Origin: Lineus longissimus
Taxonomy: Eukaryota
Assembly (NCBI RefSeq): GCF_910592395.1
Contig: NC_088308.1
Location: 186,001 to 250,000 of the forward strand
Reading direction: 5' to 3'
Length of the DNA stretch: 64,000 nucleotides
Made by a program: the position numbers and the translations under genes. The notes under the pieces are model-generated. The model worked only from the letters and a program-made list of their open reading frames with translations. It was not told the origin of the DNA and made no database searches. This document shows positions 36,201 to 50,070 of the stretch, piece after piece (the first letter of the stretch is position 1; each line of letters starts with the position of its first letter).

Positions 36201-39200
36201 GACTGGGAGGGTTGCTGCCATTTTGAATGAGGGATCCTGGGTAAATGCTGCCATATTGTTCGCTGTTTTTAACCTGAAGCGATAAAATCACATGATGCTT
36301 CACTAAGATATTTGAAAGTACAAATGAAAGGAGGATCTTCAAGCTGTTGGAAAGAAACAGATAAAGGTTTTTAGCTGAAACAAGAAAATATGATGATTGC
36401 AACTCCCACCCTCCTTAAAGGGGTTTGCTGTGACTAACGTTCATGGTATTGACTAGTGGCTGAGATAACTGGTAAGACACAATGCTGTAAGTGCACTTGT
36501 TATGGAGGAGTGTTTGAGAGAGAGTCTCAAAGACCTTGCGTTTCTATGTCAAGTCCTTGCTATGGTATTGACTCGAACATGATTTGACAATACCCTAAAC
36601 AACCCCAGACATGATATTCAGCTGCCTCTTATAGTGCATATTAAGCCAGACAGTTTTATTTCCTGTCGAAAAAGTGCTCCAAAAATAGCCCACAATTAAC
36701 ATAGTTGCTTTATATCTCATAGCGTCCCAATCAAGCCTAGAGCAGTGTGCAGGCTTGATGGCAAGCTCACAATAACCGGTCAGTTTTATTGACACGAATA
36801 CATAATCTGTTGTAAACCCAATTGTTCTGAGGAGTTGACTATTGTGTATGAGGTCGATACACAAACAGTGTAGTACAGGAATTATTAAAGTCAATCATCC
36901 ACAGACATCAATGAAAGTGAAACGCCTGCTACACCAAGCACAAAACACTTCTTGCCTGAGAAACTAAATTGTAATCTCTTTATTTTCAATTGTCTTTTTG
37001 TTGTGTGATTTCTGAATAACAACTACCCAGGCAGAACCTCTCTATTAAGGAAACAATTGGGACTGACAAGTGCTGTCCATAAAAGGGAGATGACATCATT
37101 ACAGAGGTCCAATTGTATAGTCAATGATGTATTTGGGACCAAACTCACTGTTCTTGACAGGGAGAATGTCCCACTTACAGAGGTGTCCGCTAAGGGAGGT
37201 TCCACTGTATTCCATGATTATTCCACATGCAACTCAATGATTATCTGATAAAATTTATCTGATGAATGACAATTATTTCTCTATTGCAAGATTTCAGAAG
37301 TAGAAATTGTCATTCCACTTATTGTCAAACTCAACATATCGTCAGTTCGAAAGGCCACTCCCCTCACACTGAGCAACCCCCTCCCCCGGGCAATGCCAAG
37401 GAAACGTCACGAAACATGTCCATCTCGAGAGACGGTGATCACTGAACGATGATAAATGTGCCGGAGATGGAATCTACCATAATGGATTGCAATTCATTTA
37501 CACAAAGACGGCAACATCACAGGGAGGAAATGCATGCACACGCACGCGGCCAGATTGCGTGCAGCCCCAGTACCTCATGTACATGATGAGTTGAGTGCAT
37601 TTGATATATGAGGCTGAACCTGCCAATACCAGTGATCTAAAGGGGGTTAGGTTTCCACAGAGTCATGCAAAGCATGAATTATACTCTTTGTGGGGTTTGC
37701 CTGTAAGGCACTCACAGGTACTGATGTACAATATTGCAGTATAAATGCTGTGATTAATTCATCATTCTTCAGTTGAAATCATTCCCTGGGTTTAGGTTGG
37801 TTGGTAATAGATGATATGTGAGTCTGTGACAAAGCAAAGGGCTCGCAGATTCACAGTGCTTTTTAAATTATTCATAGCACAGTAATATTGCTCAGCAATG
37901 TTCCAATTACTAACAGGCTCACTTCCACTTTTACATGTATTTACAAAAATCTCATTTTGTAGTCTGACAAAAACCATCATGATACACAACTACTATGATA
38001 ATGATGAAATATGTATTATATAAACAAACTGAATATTCCTTTGTGAATCATACTAAATCAACTCCCCAGTCTGACCTGATTAATCTTTAACTAGGCCACT
38101 CGTGCTTAGACAAGTCAGACAGCCAACAATAACAGGTGGTGTAAACAACTAACCATCACAACATTTAGTTTGTGGTTTCATTTTTGAAATATAGTTTAGA
38201 AATGGTAGTTAAAACGAGTAGTTAACTCAGATATGGGGGGGGGGGCAGGTTAAGCAGCGGATTCCAGGCTTGAAGGGTTAACCTTGAAAAGCACATTTGA
38301 ATACATGCTGGTAATACATACATGTATGTTATAGCATAGAGTGTAACACATTGATCATGTATTGTATGGGGTAACCTTATTTATTACAGCATTGCTTTGT
38401 GCCACTTGTTGACTTTGTATAGCACTGGTATTCATCAAAGGTTGAACTAAGCCATACTTAGTTGGTATTGTTCAGAAATGATCTCTCTTTTATCACTGCC
38501 ACTCTTAGAGATATTCCAACAAAGGCTTTGCCATGTTTGCCAATGATGTACATACAAGTCTGTAATAAACCAAGGAGGTGACTTCTGGGGAGCCACTTGA
38601 CACATGCCCCCCCCCCAACCACCACCACACATGGGAAGCAGAGAAAGAGGTTTCATGATGACAGAGGAGTCAGAGAAGTGTTACATGAGCATGGCTGCAG
38701 GCTATTGCAATGAATGATTGCATCATTCTGGAGCCTGCAAATGCAATGTTGGGTTATAGATGAACTTCAGGGGGCTGCATTCATTCAAAGATGTCCTTGA
38801 ACGTGCCCTTTCTACCTCCAAGCTGATAGAAATCCAAGTGATACAAGGGTTGAAAAGAGCTGGAAGTAACCGCCACCGGTTACAACAAGAGCCAATCAAA
38901 TATGATGCCTGCTTGTGTAATAATTGCTTTCAAAAAAAGTTTTAACACAAAATGGAAACAATGACCAGGAAAATGTGAGAGTGAAATGGAAGGTTTCCTT
39001 TGTGTGTTTGTGCCCTTGGACCAGCAAGCATTGTCCTTTTGAGTTCTGGACGGTGAAGAAACCAAACAAATCCAATGATAGAGTCCATTGAAAATAGTGT
39101 TTTCTCCTTGCAGTTTTAATTGTATTTTATGATGTAACACCTCAGAGAGGGTTCTTTAGAGTCTGGGTGTAGCCCAAGGGTTGTCTGAATAACTAATTGG

Positions 39201-42200
39201 TGGCAGCTTGAAATCACTGCTTCACCTTTCAAAAAGAGACAGGCGACAAGTTTGTAGCAAATAGTCTGATCCAAATGGACGATTTCAAAATATACTGAGA
39301 ATTAACCAAATTATACAAAACGCAACCAACTGAATCCGAAGTCAACCAATACCGCACAGTGCTGAAGTTAGCGCATTATGAATCATCAGCGATTAGTAAC
39401 AATATGAAGACTCATAACAGCACCAAGCATAACAATAATGTAATGGGAAAAATATAAAAAAATCAGCGTCCAGTATTGAAACAAGCGTGTTTGTCAGCCG
39501 TAACTGAATAGCATAGCATCTGAGTTCATTCCGTACAGGCGATGACTGGCGACCTCAAATGGCCTGATCGGGAAGCAAGTGTATTGCCGCAGCTATTGTA
39601 CCCATAGAACGCTGTAACGATGCCGACCGCATTAAAGTTCAAGGTCAGCGGTCTGATGTTTGTAAACAAACGAAGCTACGCTTGGAGCATACCGCACTTA
39701 CTCTTGAGGTACGGCACAACAGTTTAGATTGGTTTAAGGTAGCGTTGGTTTTGCCATTATCAGTTTGTACTACACACACATTTTTGACAAGAGGCCTTAT
39801 CTGTAATTGGCTGAGAAAGATATGGACTGCCCTGTTAACACCATAATATTGCCAGGTATGATTATTACAAGTTCATGGACAGTGTTTGTCACGAATGACA
39901 TGGCCTACGTGTGACCAAAGCCAATAGTTTGATCAGAAATCAAGCAGAAAACTGATGGATGGTTCTATCATTACTTTTGATAGTAAGACACACATGTACA
40001 TGTACAATGCAGAATGCTCAGAAAGTCACTAATCCTAATTGATTACCGACGACATTGTGATGCTTTTCAATTGTAATTACAAAACATTGAAATAATAACT
40101 GCCATCTGATCTGGCCAGTTGTCCAGCAGATTAGAAAGAGAAACTAAGTTCTATTCATGACGTTATTGACATCGAGTTCATTCCATATAAATGAAAACCA
40201 TAAGACAGACGACTACATGCCAATGAGAAAGAGACCACCGAAACAATGCTGACTCAAGGGCAAGGTCATTTCTGTTTGTAAACAAACTATCGTAAGCCGC
40301 TGTAATTCGCTGGATATGCGTCAAGTGAATCGTGTGCAATATGATTGGTGGGCGGCACTTGCTACTTGTTATGGCAGGTGCAGTCAGCGAGAGTAATGTC
40401 TGCATATGAAGGTCGCACCTGTCTACAAACAAACTCGCCCACTCAGCCAAGAAGTCAGAAGTAAGAAGGCTATGCACCAATGTGTGCTGGGCACATTATT
40501 GCCAATAGTGGACAGATTAGGACAGTCACTACCACACTGCAATGTTCTTTCCAATCAATCTGTTCCAAAAATCTGCTTTTCAGACAACAGTCAACAAAGA
40601 TGACGTGACACTTTTTCAAACCTTTAAATCACAACAAAAGAATAATGAGAATAATTCAGCAGCCCAATGGCTCAGACTCAGAGCCTCATTCTTCAGTCCT
40701 GTTTATTTGAAGTGAAAGACTTTACAAGGTTTAAGAGAAAGAATGGCAATTCTTGATCCCCAGGCCGGCTCCAGGTCCCTGGAGAGACTTAGTCAATCTT
40801 CTGGTCTTTGCTGAAATAAATGGATGGTTTCCAACCTCAACCAACCATGCTATCACTACTCACTAGAGAATACCCCATCATGAAATAGTGCCAGTTCAAG
40901 TTTTTACAGTTTTCAGCCGTTGTACCAGCAATAATGTACTATACTACTAATGAGAATACTGGCACTGTGAAGATACTATTGGCATGTGAAAACACCACTC
41001 ACATTCCTAACAAACAATAGTACAGCTTACCTTTTTCTGTGGAGGTTCTTGCGTACTCTCCATTCTGTAACTAGGATTCTGCAAAGACAAAAAGAGCACC
41101 GAGAGTAAATAACTCCTTCACAAAGAATCAAGTCTATTGGACTCGGAAACATTGTCAATTCTGTGTCTTGCTGCAAAATAAAAACATGCCTTAACAAGGA
41201 AGTCTTCACACAACAAATACTACCACAGGATAACTGTAAGCGGTTGAAGTTGAATGGGAAACACGACCATAATTGAATGAGTAATTGGTCATGCACAAAT
41301 CATGGTGGTACAATTATATTTCAGAACTTTTTGATATCAAACATGAAATCATCATTGCATGTTCAAATATACCAATGCTGGGCCTAACCGAGACTTTCCC
41401 TTGCGGGGTGGGGAGGGGGTGACTTTAGATATATGACACAATGACGACAGACAAACCAATTGACTATCAGAATATCCAAAATAATGAAGTCTCACAGTCA
41501 CAGACTACGAAAGATCTGCCTGAAATATTTTCGAAACAGATAGCAGAATTTCAAGTGTGTAAATCAATAAGCAATTTGTCACAACTTCTAGTATGGAAAC
41601 CAAAACTGGGACATGTTGGAAAGCCCAATCCGTCTATCATTAAGCCAAAGAACTTTTCAAATTGAACTATGGACCGGATATGAGAATCAAATTCATATAA
41701 TACCTGTAAGAGGTATTAATGAACATGATCTTGAAGTCGTCAGTGACGTAAACTTGACCAGGGAAAACGAAAGTTATCGTTCAAGTACATCAGGACCGAT
41801 CTACAGCGATAGCCGGATCATTTACAGTAATCTCACGCAATGCTTTGAATCCTCCCTTTGTTCTTTCCATATCAGGATATCAATTTGCTTGCGCAAGATT
41901 GGTCCATGCGGTAACCATAGGGTGAGTTTGTTTATCATACTGCATCTCAATAACTTGGCAGTATTGATGAATACACTATACAGAGTCAAAAACCCTATTA
42001 GGAGTATAAGAGGAGCAGACTAGCCAACCTACCATGCTGTGGTACTCCATGATGAAAGAGGATAAGAAGCCTGGCACAAACTCACCACAAGGACCACATG
42101 GACATGATAAAGGATGCCCAAATCATTATGCAGCATTCAAAAAGGGCCACTTATTTGATGGCCATTGTCCACGCATACAGACAACCTAATACCATCAGGC

Positions 42201-45200
42201 TATTGTCTGCAGCTAAAAATAACAGGTCACCTCATATCAGTTTTATCACTGCTTGCATTTCAGTTCCTGTCTGGTATACAGGATGTCTCAGAGAGAATGC
42301 TGGCTTAGTTGTTTAAAAAATTGAGCCAAAGGCCTAATTGCACAGCTAACTTTTGGTCCTGGGGGATTGGATGGGAGCAGAACACTTTTGTCCCACATCT
42401 GCATGTAAAACACACATCTTCGATGACTGAGGACAGTAAGCCCCCCTCTGCCTCCTACCCCCCTTAATACGGCCCTCTAGACACACCAAATAACAAATAA
42501 CAAGCCCCCCTCCCCAGCAAAATCATACTATGGCAACATTTTGCCCAAAAATACATTAGTTCATTTCAAGTTCAATGAATGATACCTGGGAGCTGCTAAA
42601 AATACTCAAATACACCTATAGATACAACCGATCAGGTCAGTTCAGAGTTGCCGATAGCAAGCGAATAGCTTGATACGAAGCTACTGAACAACTACACAAC
42701 TACAAGGCCTTTACATGAAGGTATTAATGCCACCAGGGCATGAGGAAGAAATCAATAGATCTGGCCAGGCAGCAGCTGAATCATTCTCAAAGGAAGCAAA
42801 CAGCAGGTGACACAATAAGCCTGGAAATGCTATCAATAAAGGCCTTTATCAACTACAAGCAAATTTGCTTACTTCTAGAAGTGTGTGCTTTTGGTCGGCC
42901 CCCGAGTTGTACATTGAAAATATTGTAGTAAGCTCTATTTCTTGTAATCTTGCCATACAGTCAACGCATGTAATAACACCAGTCAACATCAGCAGATTTG
43001 CTGCTAATGAAATTCATCCATTTGACCATTCACCCGCAGTGACAACTCCCGCAAGCTAAACTTACTCTTTTAAGGACTCCCACTAGCAGGAAACCGGTGA
43101 CAACAATCAACCGGAAATATAGAACTGGAATCTGTGTACACAATTCATGACTGAAACCATCCAATTAACAAGTCTAGCTATATCCAAGCGTAACCAAGAC
43201 AAATCACACAATAATTTTGTTGTATCATTCACATCCATGTAGTTGGTGTGCATGTAACACTACAGTCATCAGTAGGTATCATTCACATCCATGTAGTTGG
43301 TGTGCATGTAACACTACAGTCATCAGTAGGTAATTCGACTGAATGTTATTAACATCATTTAGCACTGTTACATGTATGGATCAGACTAACACCTTTGATT
43401 ATTAAGATTCAACACATCGACACAGATCAGAGAGTGTTCAAATAGGCATCTTGTTCAAGTTTGTCATGTTTAGGCTGGGCAAGACCATTTATACAAGTTT
43501 TTATGTTCAGATGGCCTCCAAGACAAAAACCAACAAAACTGTCCAAAAAACGACTCCAAACTCTTGTCTAACGTAAGCAACGATCTCTAATGTAACAAAC
43601 GGCCACTGAGAGAAATATCAGTAACAACATGGTAAATCTCTGTCATCACGATAAAGAGTGATAGCAGTGCGGATCAGATCAGATTACACAGTGCGGGGAA
43701 ACGATCATCAAAGCCGCAGTCGGAAATGGTCTGAAGCTGCGCTACAACTTACTACGATCGCTCCAGATCAACAACCCTGGCAAACTGCCAAGGGGAAATC
43801 CCAAGACTGTCGGTCTGACAACTCACCCAACGCCCACTCAATTTTTTCTGACAGCGGAGATTAGTTTAGCCCAGATTTTGTTGATGAATGGAAGTGCCAA
43901 TAGGTGGAAGCACTATATCAAGGTCGGTTCGGGGCACGTGAGAACAACACCACGACAATGTTATGAAAATCCAAACAAACCACGGATCAGGCCTATATCG
44001 CTGCGCCATATGGAATCGTTAGCATGAATTGAACGAGGACGGAAACTTCAACCAGAATAGGATAGAAGAGCCAATCGACAATGATTTGCCGGCGTAAATC
44101 CAAGAAAATATCGCAACGGGACTGAGGCAGACATGGGTGAATACGTGCAGTGAACATGGAAAAAGCATACTTGTACAGGTCAGGCAGATGTGAGGAAGAA
44201 AACATCCAGATCAACAGAAATTTTAATTTCAAGATATGGTGGATATATCCGAATATGAATCTTTGACGCAATGAACTGTGAGGGACCACGTCTTGGGCAA
44301 AAGTTCAACATTGTTGATTTCAGCTCGATGGATGTGTTGTTTTAATGACCTGGACATGGATAATAGATCTTGTCGGCTTGTTAGGCTTAGAAATAGTATG
44401 ATAATGAGTTAGTATGATGGTATTGTGATTGTGAATAGATCTGACTTTGCATGTGGTAAAAATTGACCTTGCCAAATGTGGGCCCTGGTTTTCTGCTTCA
44501 ATTGAGCCCAAGACCAGCCAATGCAATCTAGGACAATAAATGGTTTGGTGGACAAGGCCCAACATTGCACTTGTAGTATAAGTATGTACACAAAATATGT
44601 TTGCAGACACATGAAATACTTTTGCAGACAGACAAGAAACAAGGCTGGCCAATTATTGCAATGATTTCGACTCTTTCACACACAAAAGGACCATTAAATC
44701 CACCTTTGATAAATCCTTGCTCCTGGATGCCCATACACAATCCTGAAAACAGACCTTGGAATAATAAAAAGCAAAAATAGAGAAAAAAATTCATCCAAAC
44801 CTTTCTGCAATTTCAATGGAATTGGAATCCTTTATGTGTGGTGAGATTCTCCTCCCTGAACACACCAAAAGCTTGGACCCACCGATTATTCTCAATATTT
44901 TTGATAAAGGACAACTCTAACAAGGTTGTCATAAATAGTGTGGAGACAATGGTGAGTGCACTATGGGAGCCATAAGCTGTGTTTTATTGATTTGCATGCA
45001 CATGCATGCTAGAATCTGTGGTGATATTCATGCTATACTGGCACCATGAACCCATTAGACATACAGGCGGGTGCAACCATTGCAGAAGGAGAGGGAGGTT
45101 TCTCGCATACATTAGTGTGTTATGTGATATATTGCCTTATATCATGTGCTTCCTAACACATACCATTGAATCAGAGGTGTATGTTCAGGTAGTCTTAGCA

Positions 45201-48200
45201 GTGCTATACACTAGCAGCATAACACTGGACAGAACTAACTAAATTATAACATGGTTATGATATAACCAACCAACTTTAGCTAGGCAAAGGTCCAGGGAGA
45301 AAGCTCCTCACAACATCTCCCAATAACCAGCCAACTTTAGCTGGGCAAAGGTCCAGGGAGAAAGCTCCCAACAACATCTCCCAATAACCAACCAACTTTA
45401 GCTGGGCAAAGGTCCAGGGAGAAAGCTCCCAACAACATCTCCCAATAACCAACCAACTTTAGCTAGGCAAAGGTCCAGGGAGAAAGCTCCCTGCAACATC
45501 TCCCAATAACCAGCCAACTTTAGCTGGGCAAAGGTCCAGGGAGAAAGGTCCTCACAACATCTCCCAATAACCAGCCAACTTTAGCTGGGCAAAGGTCCAG
45601 GGAGAAAGGTCCTCACAACATCTCCCAATAACCAGCCAACTTTAGCTGGGCAAAGGTCCAGGGAGAAAGGTCCTCACAACATCTCCCAATGACCAGCCAA
45701 CTTTAGCTGGGCAAAGGTCCAGGGAGAAAGGTCCTCACAACATCTCCCAATAACCAACCAACTTTAGCTGGGCAAAGGTCCAGGGAGAAAGGTCCTCACA
45801 ACATCTCCCAATAACCAGCCAACTTTAGCTGGGCAAAGGTCCAGGGAGAAAGCCCGTCACAACATCTCCCAATAACCAAGCCAACTTTAGCTAGGCAAAG
45901 GTCCAGGGAGAAAGCTCCTCACAACATCTCCCAATAACCAGCCAACTTGGCAAAGTTCAGCTGCTGTTTCGAAACATGTTCACCCAAGTGACACCTTTCA
46001 AAGACGAGACAAGACACGTGTCTTCACTACTATTTTTGATGACAATAAAATGTCAAGAGTGCGCCTCAGGTATTTCTGGAGCAATTCCAAGAATATTTTT
46101 GGAAAGCGCGTCGATGAAGTAGGCTGATTTCTTGTGACTTTCGAAGTAATCCATGGAAGTACTTCTCTATTCTTAACTGTATCTAGGATTTGCACTGCCG
46201 ACTGCCGCTTTTCGAAGGCATCTACCGTGTTTTAAAAGAAACAATAAAAAAGCAACATCAGACTCAATTATCGAACACAATGTTTTCATACGACCAATTA
46301 TGACTTGTTTTTAGGCCGAAAATAGCGCCTTGGGTGTTGCAAATAGGCCGTGCGGTAATCAGCATCAAGCAACTTCGGGTCAAATGAGGACAGATTTCAA
46401 GGAGTTGTTTTGAATATCCATGACAGGAGACACGAGGAACGAGACTCGTGCCCGGAGAACGGCAAACCTTGTGCTGCCCCCTATATCTTCAGCATGTGGA
46501 AAAGATGAAGCAGATGGTCGTCCAGATTTCACTTTGATTCGATATGATCTTTTCTCAACACGAGTGTCAGGCTAGAATTGTTGTCAAATATATTGACGTA
46601 GGGGACCAGTGGTGGGTCTTCTTCAAGAAACCTGGTCAGACAGTGGTCATATCAAGCTGTTTTGGTCAATAGCATGGCCAGGCCATTTCTCTCAGCATTT
46701 CAGGAGACTAGTTACATAGTGGTTAGAGAACCATACTCATAATCTAAGGTTGTGAGGATGACAGCTATACCCTTGAGCAAGACACTCAACCATACAAAAC
46801 TTCGTCCTTTACCTGAGGCAATGGGAATGGGAATAGAAAAGGAACACTGTTCAAGATTAAAAACTTACCATATGAACTTTTTTAAATTCACAAACAGAGG
46901 TAGACTTTTTATATCCTGTCACATATCCATGTATCACATGAGAAAACCCAACTTTTGGCGAATACAGAAAACACTCAGTCCAACCCTGGTCAAACCAGAG
47001 TAATATTATTATCACTAACAAAAAGCTCACAAATAACAGAATAAAAGAAGCCTTTCATTGTATTATGTGCTTGGCGGCAGAACAATCAAGACTTTAGTAG
47101 ACTACATTATGTAGTGGCCTATATGTATAGAATAGGTCATACATATATGTAGTAGGCAAGTCCCTGCACATCATTTATTCATCCATGCATGCTAGTTGAA
47201 AATAAGTATATGCATTGAAAAAGTTCCTCCTGTTGATAGAGCTGACAATGTGGGCTGACTGATATATTTAACAATGGTAGAGGAACTCTCTTCTTCAAAC
47301 AAGTGAGTCTGACAGCTCCAGCTCATGACAGCTTTGAGTCACTCTGATTTGGAGAAGGAAAACTCTGATTTCAAGCCCTGGCTGATCACGATCATGAGCC
47401 TTGAATGGGTGATAATGTAGGACTAGGAGCTGGGTCCCCCCCCAAAACCTGACCGAAGACAAGATTAGACAGCCTACATGGGGGGGGGGGGGCTAATCGG
47501 CCTTGTATATGTACGTAATCAACAACAATGAATTGCATACAACTTGCTTACACTTTAACGATGTGTGTCATACCTATCTCAGAGTTTATAGTCAGACGGA
47601 TAAGGCACCAGGCCCCCAGCTGCGAGAGGGTTCATTGCAGGCAACCAGCGCCTTTGATATGACTGGGTCACACAGAACTAGAGCAACTGTATCAACCTCA
47701 AACTGGCACAGTGGAATGAGGCTTGATGTGGTTGACACAGCACAGGACCAGGTCAGGAATGACAACCAAACACCACCTCTTCCCCGACCTCTAAGCCCAA
47801 TCACATCATAAGACGTAGCAAGAAGGAGCACGACTGAACACCAAACTGAGGGGAATGCTGGATGAACTTGCACAAACTGCCGATCTTCTAACTTCTACTG
47901 AATTGAGAGTGTGATGGCTAATATTGACCGCAGATAAAGAAGAGCTATTCAGAGGGGCAGATCCAAGACTCACCAGAAGGGGGGCACCTAGACCCTTACT
48001 TGGAATTTCATAGTCCATTTTGAAGATTTTTCTCAGGGGGCCGGGAGTGCCCCTTTGAATCCGCGGCTGATGACAAATCAGCCTAATGAAATTTTGGAGG
48101 TTATCAAAATCATAACTGTCTGTACAGCTGAGCTGGCACAACCCTTGCACTTGCACAAACTCCATGAACACATGGACCTTGTTTTCACATGCACACCCTT

Positions 48201-49441
48201 GTAATTAAATGGCTGGATTAGTCAAAACCCATCTGTATTCGTCCGATATCACGAGAAGAATGAATCACCATGGTAATTGTAAAACGGAAAATCTCATCAA
48301 GATTCATACAACATGCGAGGAGAGCATACTAATTCAATCACCCATCTACTGTAAACAGTGTCAGTGAAATGTTTGTGATTGCATTGTAAGTGTTAACACA
48401 AACCTGAAAATAAGCAAATTCACCAACTGTTAGCTTCCTAGTAATTTGAAGTTTGAATGGCGGGTCATGCTGGTCACCTGAAATCAGGGTTGGGTGACAT
48501 CAAACAGAAAACATACACCTGTACAAATGACAAGTTTGATGGATTCGCCCCATGAAAGACAAAATCTGATTTCAGTACAACAAAAAGCACATCATGGATA
48601 ACAATAGCGGTCAGTCAAGGGAGTTATTTATGGTATGAGTCCATAAATATCAATTTGTGTCACAATCGAATCTGAACAAAATTTATTTTTTTCAACACTT
48701 GGAACAGATATTTTGGGTTCTACAAGCAGCTTGTTAAATATGAAACATTGAATGTAATACAAAACCTACGGCCTCAGGTGCTTGGAGATAAACCACAAAG
48801 GCCCCAGATTGTCATATTTTTGCCTGAAAAGCAATCCGTACTTGAACCCTTTACGAACATTGTTCAGACTGTGAGACACACTAATATTCATGGGCGATCT
48901 CTAAATATAAAGGCACATGAAATAACTGAGGTTAATGCTAAATAAGTACCGTCCATCAGCAAAATCCTTGATCAGCAAGTCCATCTGTCATTCAGTGTCG
49001 AGCATTGCTGCCTCAGGATTGGACTTAGCACTTTTGACTTTGTTCTCCATGTGAAGGTGGGATTGAAGGCAAGGGAGACGTATCATACACTTTTGTTTGA
49101 AAGACATTACTTACCTGAGTGCTTGCACTAGCAGTCACTTCTGCTCTACTAACCGGAGGCGGATCTGGGGGGTTGCCCCAACTTGCCGCCGATGGAAAAT
49201 CATCAGGCCTCCACGGGGCATCGCTCCCTGGATGATGCGCTCGGCTGGTCAAGTCAGTGGGGACACTCTGTCTATCTCTACTCTCGGTAAGCCTTTCACT
49301 TGTTTGGTGAATATTGCTCTCTCTGCGTTCTCTAGTAGCAGCCTCGCTCCCACTCGCCTCTGACTGTTGAGAGAGGGCCAGGGAAAAAGGGTGCAAGCCT
49401 GCCTGCAGGTACTCCTGCCAGTTATCTGGGGGTCTGTCCAT
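24212..49441 (-). CDS. TET: TET family methylcytosine dioxygenase, 9 coding exons, ~3368 aa
   Basis: Exons (5'->3'): 49441-49115, 41078-41031, 36273-32910, 32113-32026, 31741-31648, 31552-31344, 31089-30855, 30370-30233, 29815-24212. All GT-AG and phase-consistent (10107 nt). Cys-rich region: [92 protein letters not shown] (HxD at 30263-30271), [27 protein letters not shown] (distal His), [15 protein letters not shown]-type C-terminus ..SGPYQKWI. The two 5'-most exons rest on splice signals and frame only. Confidence 0.95.
30778..30873. repeat. 30-bp tandem repeat x3 straddling a TET exon/intron junction
   Basis: Unit GATTGTGTGCAACCTACCT(G/C)ATTACTGTAA; each copy contains a minus-strand AG|GTAGGT donor. 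Confidence 0.95.
33908..34095 (-). repeat. Coding 30-bp (10-aa) tandem repeat in TET exon 3, ~6 units
   Basis: Encodes [57 protein letters not shown] separate 33-bp duplication ([11 protein letters not shown] x2) lies at ~33625-33690. Confidence 0.9.
37028..37207. mobile_element. ~180-bp MITE with imperfect terminal inverted repeats
   Basis: Left end CAGGCAGAACCTCTCTATTAAGG versus right end CGCTAAGGGAGGTTCCACTG followed by TA; related to the element at the window start. Confidence 0.65.
43222..43332. repeat. 54-bp perfect tandem duplication
   Basis: GTATCATTCACATCCATGTAGTTGG...CAGTAG at 43222 and 43276. Confidence 0.95.
45262..45947. repeat. 61-bp minisatellite, ~11 copies, in TET intron
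   Basis: Unit ATAACCAGCCAACTTTAGCTGGGCAAAGGTCCAGGGAGAAAGGTCCTCACAACATCTCCCA, near-identical copies. Confidence 0.97.
47950..48068. mobile_element. Short degenerate MITE
   Basis: Imperfect inverted ends CAGAGGGGCAGATCCAAG ... TTGAATCCGCGGCTG with G/C-run interior. Confidence 0.45.
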
Positions 49442-49867
49442 CTTGCTCTCCAGTGGTTTTTAGGCCATTGGATCTCTGTCTTTTTCCATTCCTTTCCTGA
49501 AAAGAGATGTGTATTCTATGACAATCATGATATATGTACTGGTAAGGACCTGAAGCCTTTGTCAGCGCCGTTTTGTGACCGGCAGCCATTTTGGTAAAAA
49601 CTTTTTTGTCATATGAGGAATCAGCCAATAATTTCTCTCATTTGCATGGTTTTTGCATGGTCATGCTACTTGGACCCTGAGCACCTCAAGTAATGTGCAT
49701 ATAATGTGTACATACACATTGTGGGGCAAAATGTGGCTTTTGGAGAGAATCTGCAGCACCTTTCAAAAGCAACATTTTGCAAAGCAACACGGAGAGAAAT
49801 ATGTGTCACAGGACTTTTTATTTCACAGGAGAAAGCAAGAATTCCTTTTCATCCACTCGAGAACTTC

Positions 49868-50070
49868 ATAGCCTAGTGGTTAACAGTAACACTGCTGGCT
49901 ACCACGCAAAAGGGCTCAGGTTTGATTACGGAGAGAACCCAGGATTGTATTTCTGGATGAACCGGCGTGGCTTTCAAGGAACTAAAATTCCTGGCTTTTT
50001 CAGTCATTCGAATGAGACGTGAAACAAAGGTTCCCTGTATCTGGTGTCTATGCCAGGGCAAGTATAAGTG
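49868..50070 (+). mobile_element. tRNA-derived SINE-like element
   Basis: A-box TAGCCTAGTGGTTAA and degenerate B-box GGTTTGATTAC, followed by a non-tRNA body. Confidence 0.5.

Noticed and set aside
32647..36402. 1251-aa ORF as a stand-alone gene
   Set aside because: Clear acceptor at 36274 and donor at 32909 make it an internal TET exon; its ORF ends are intronic read-through.
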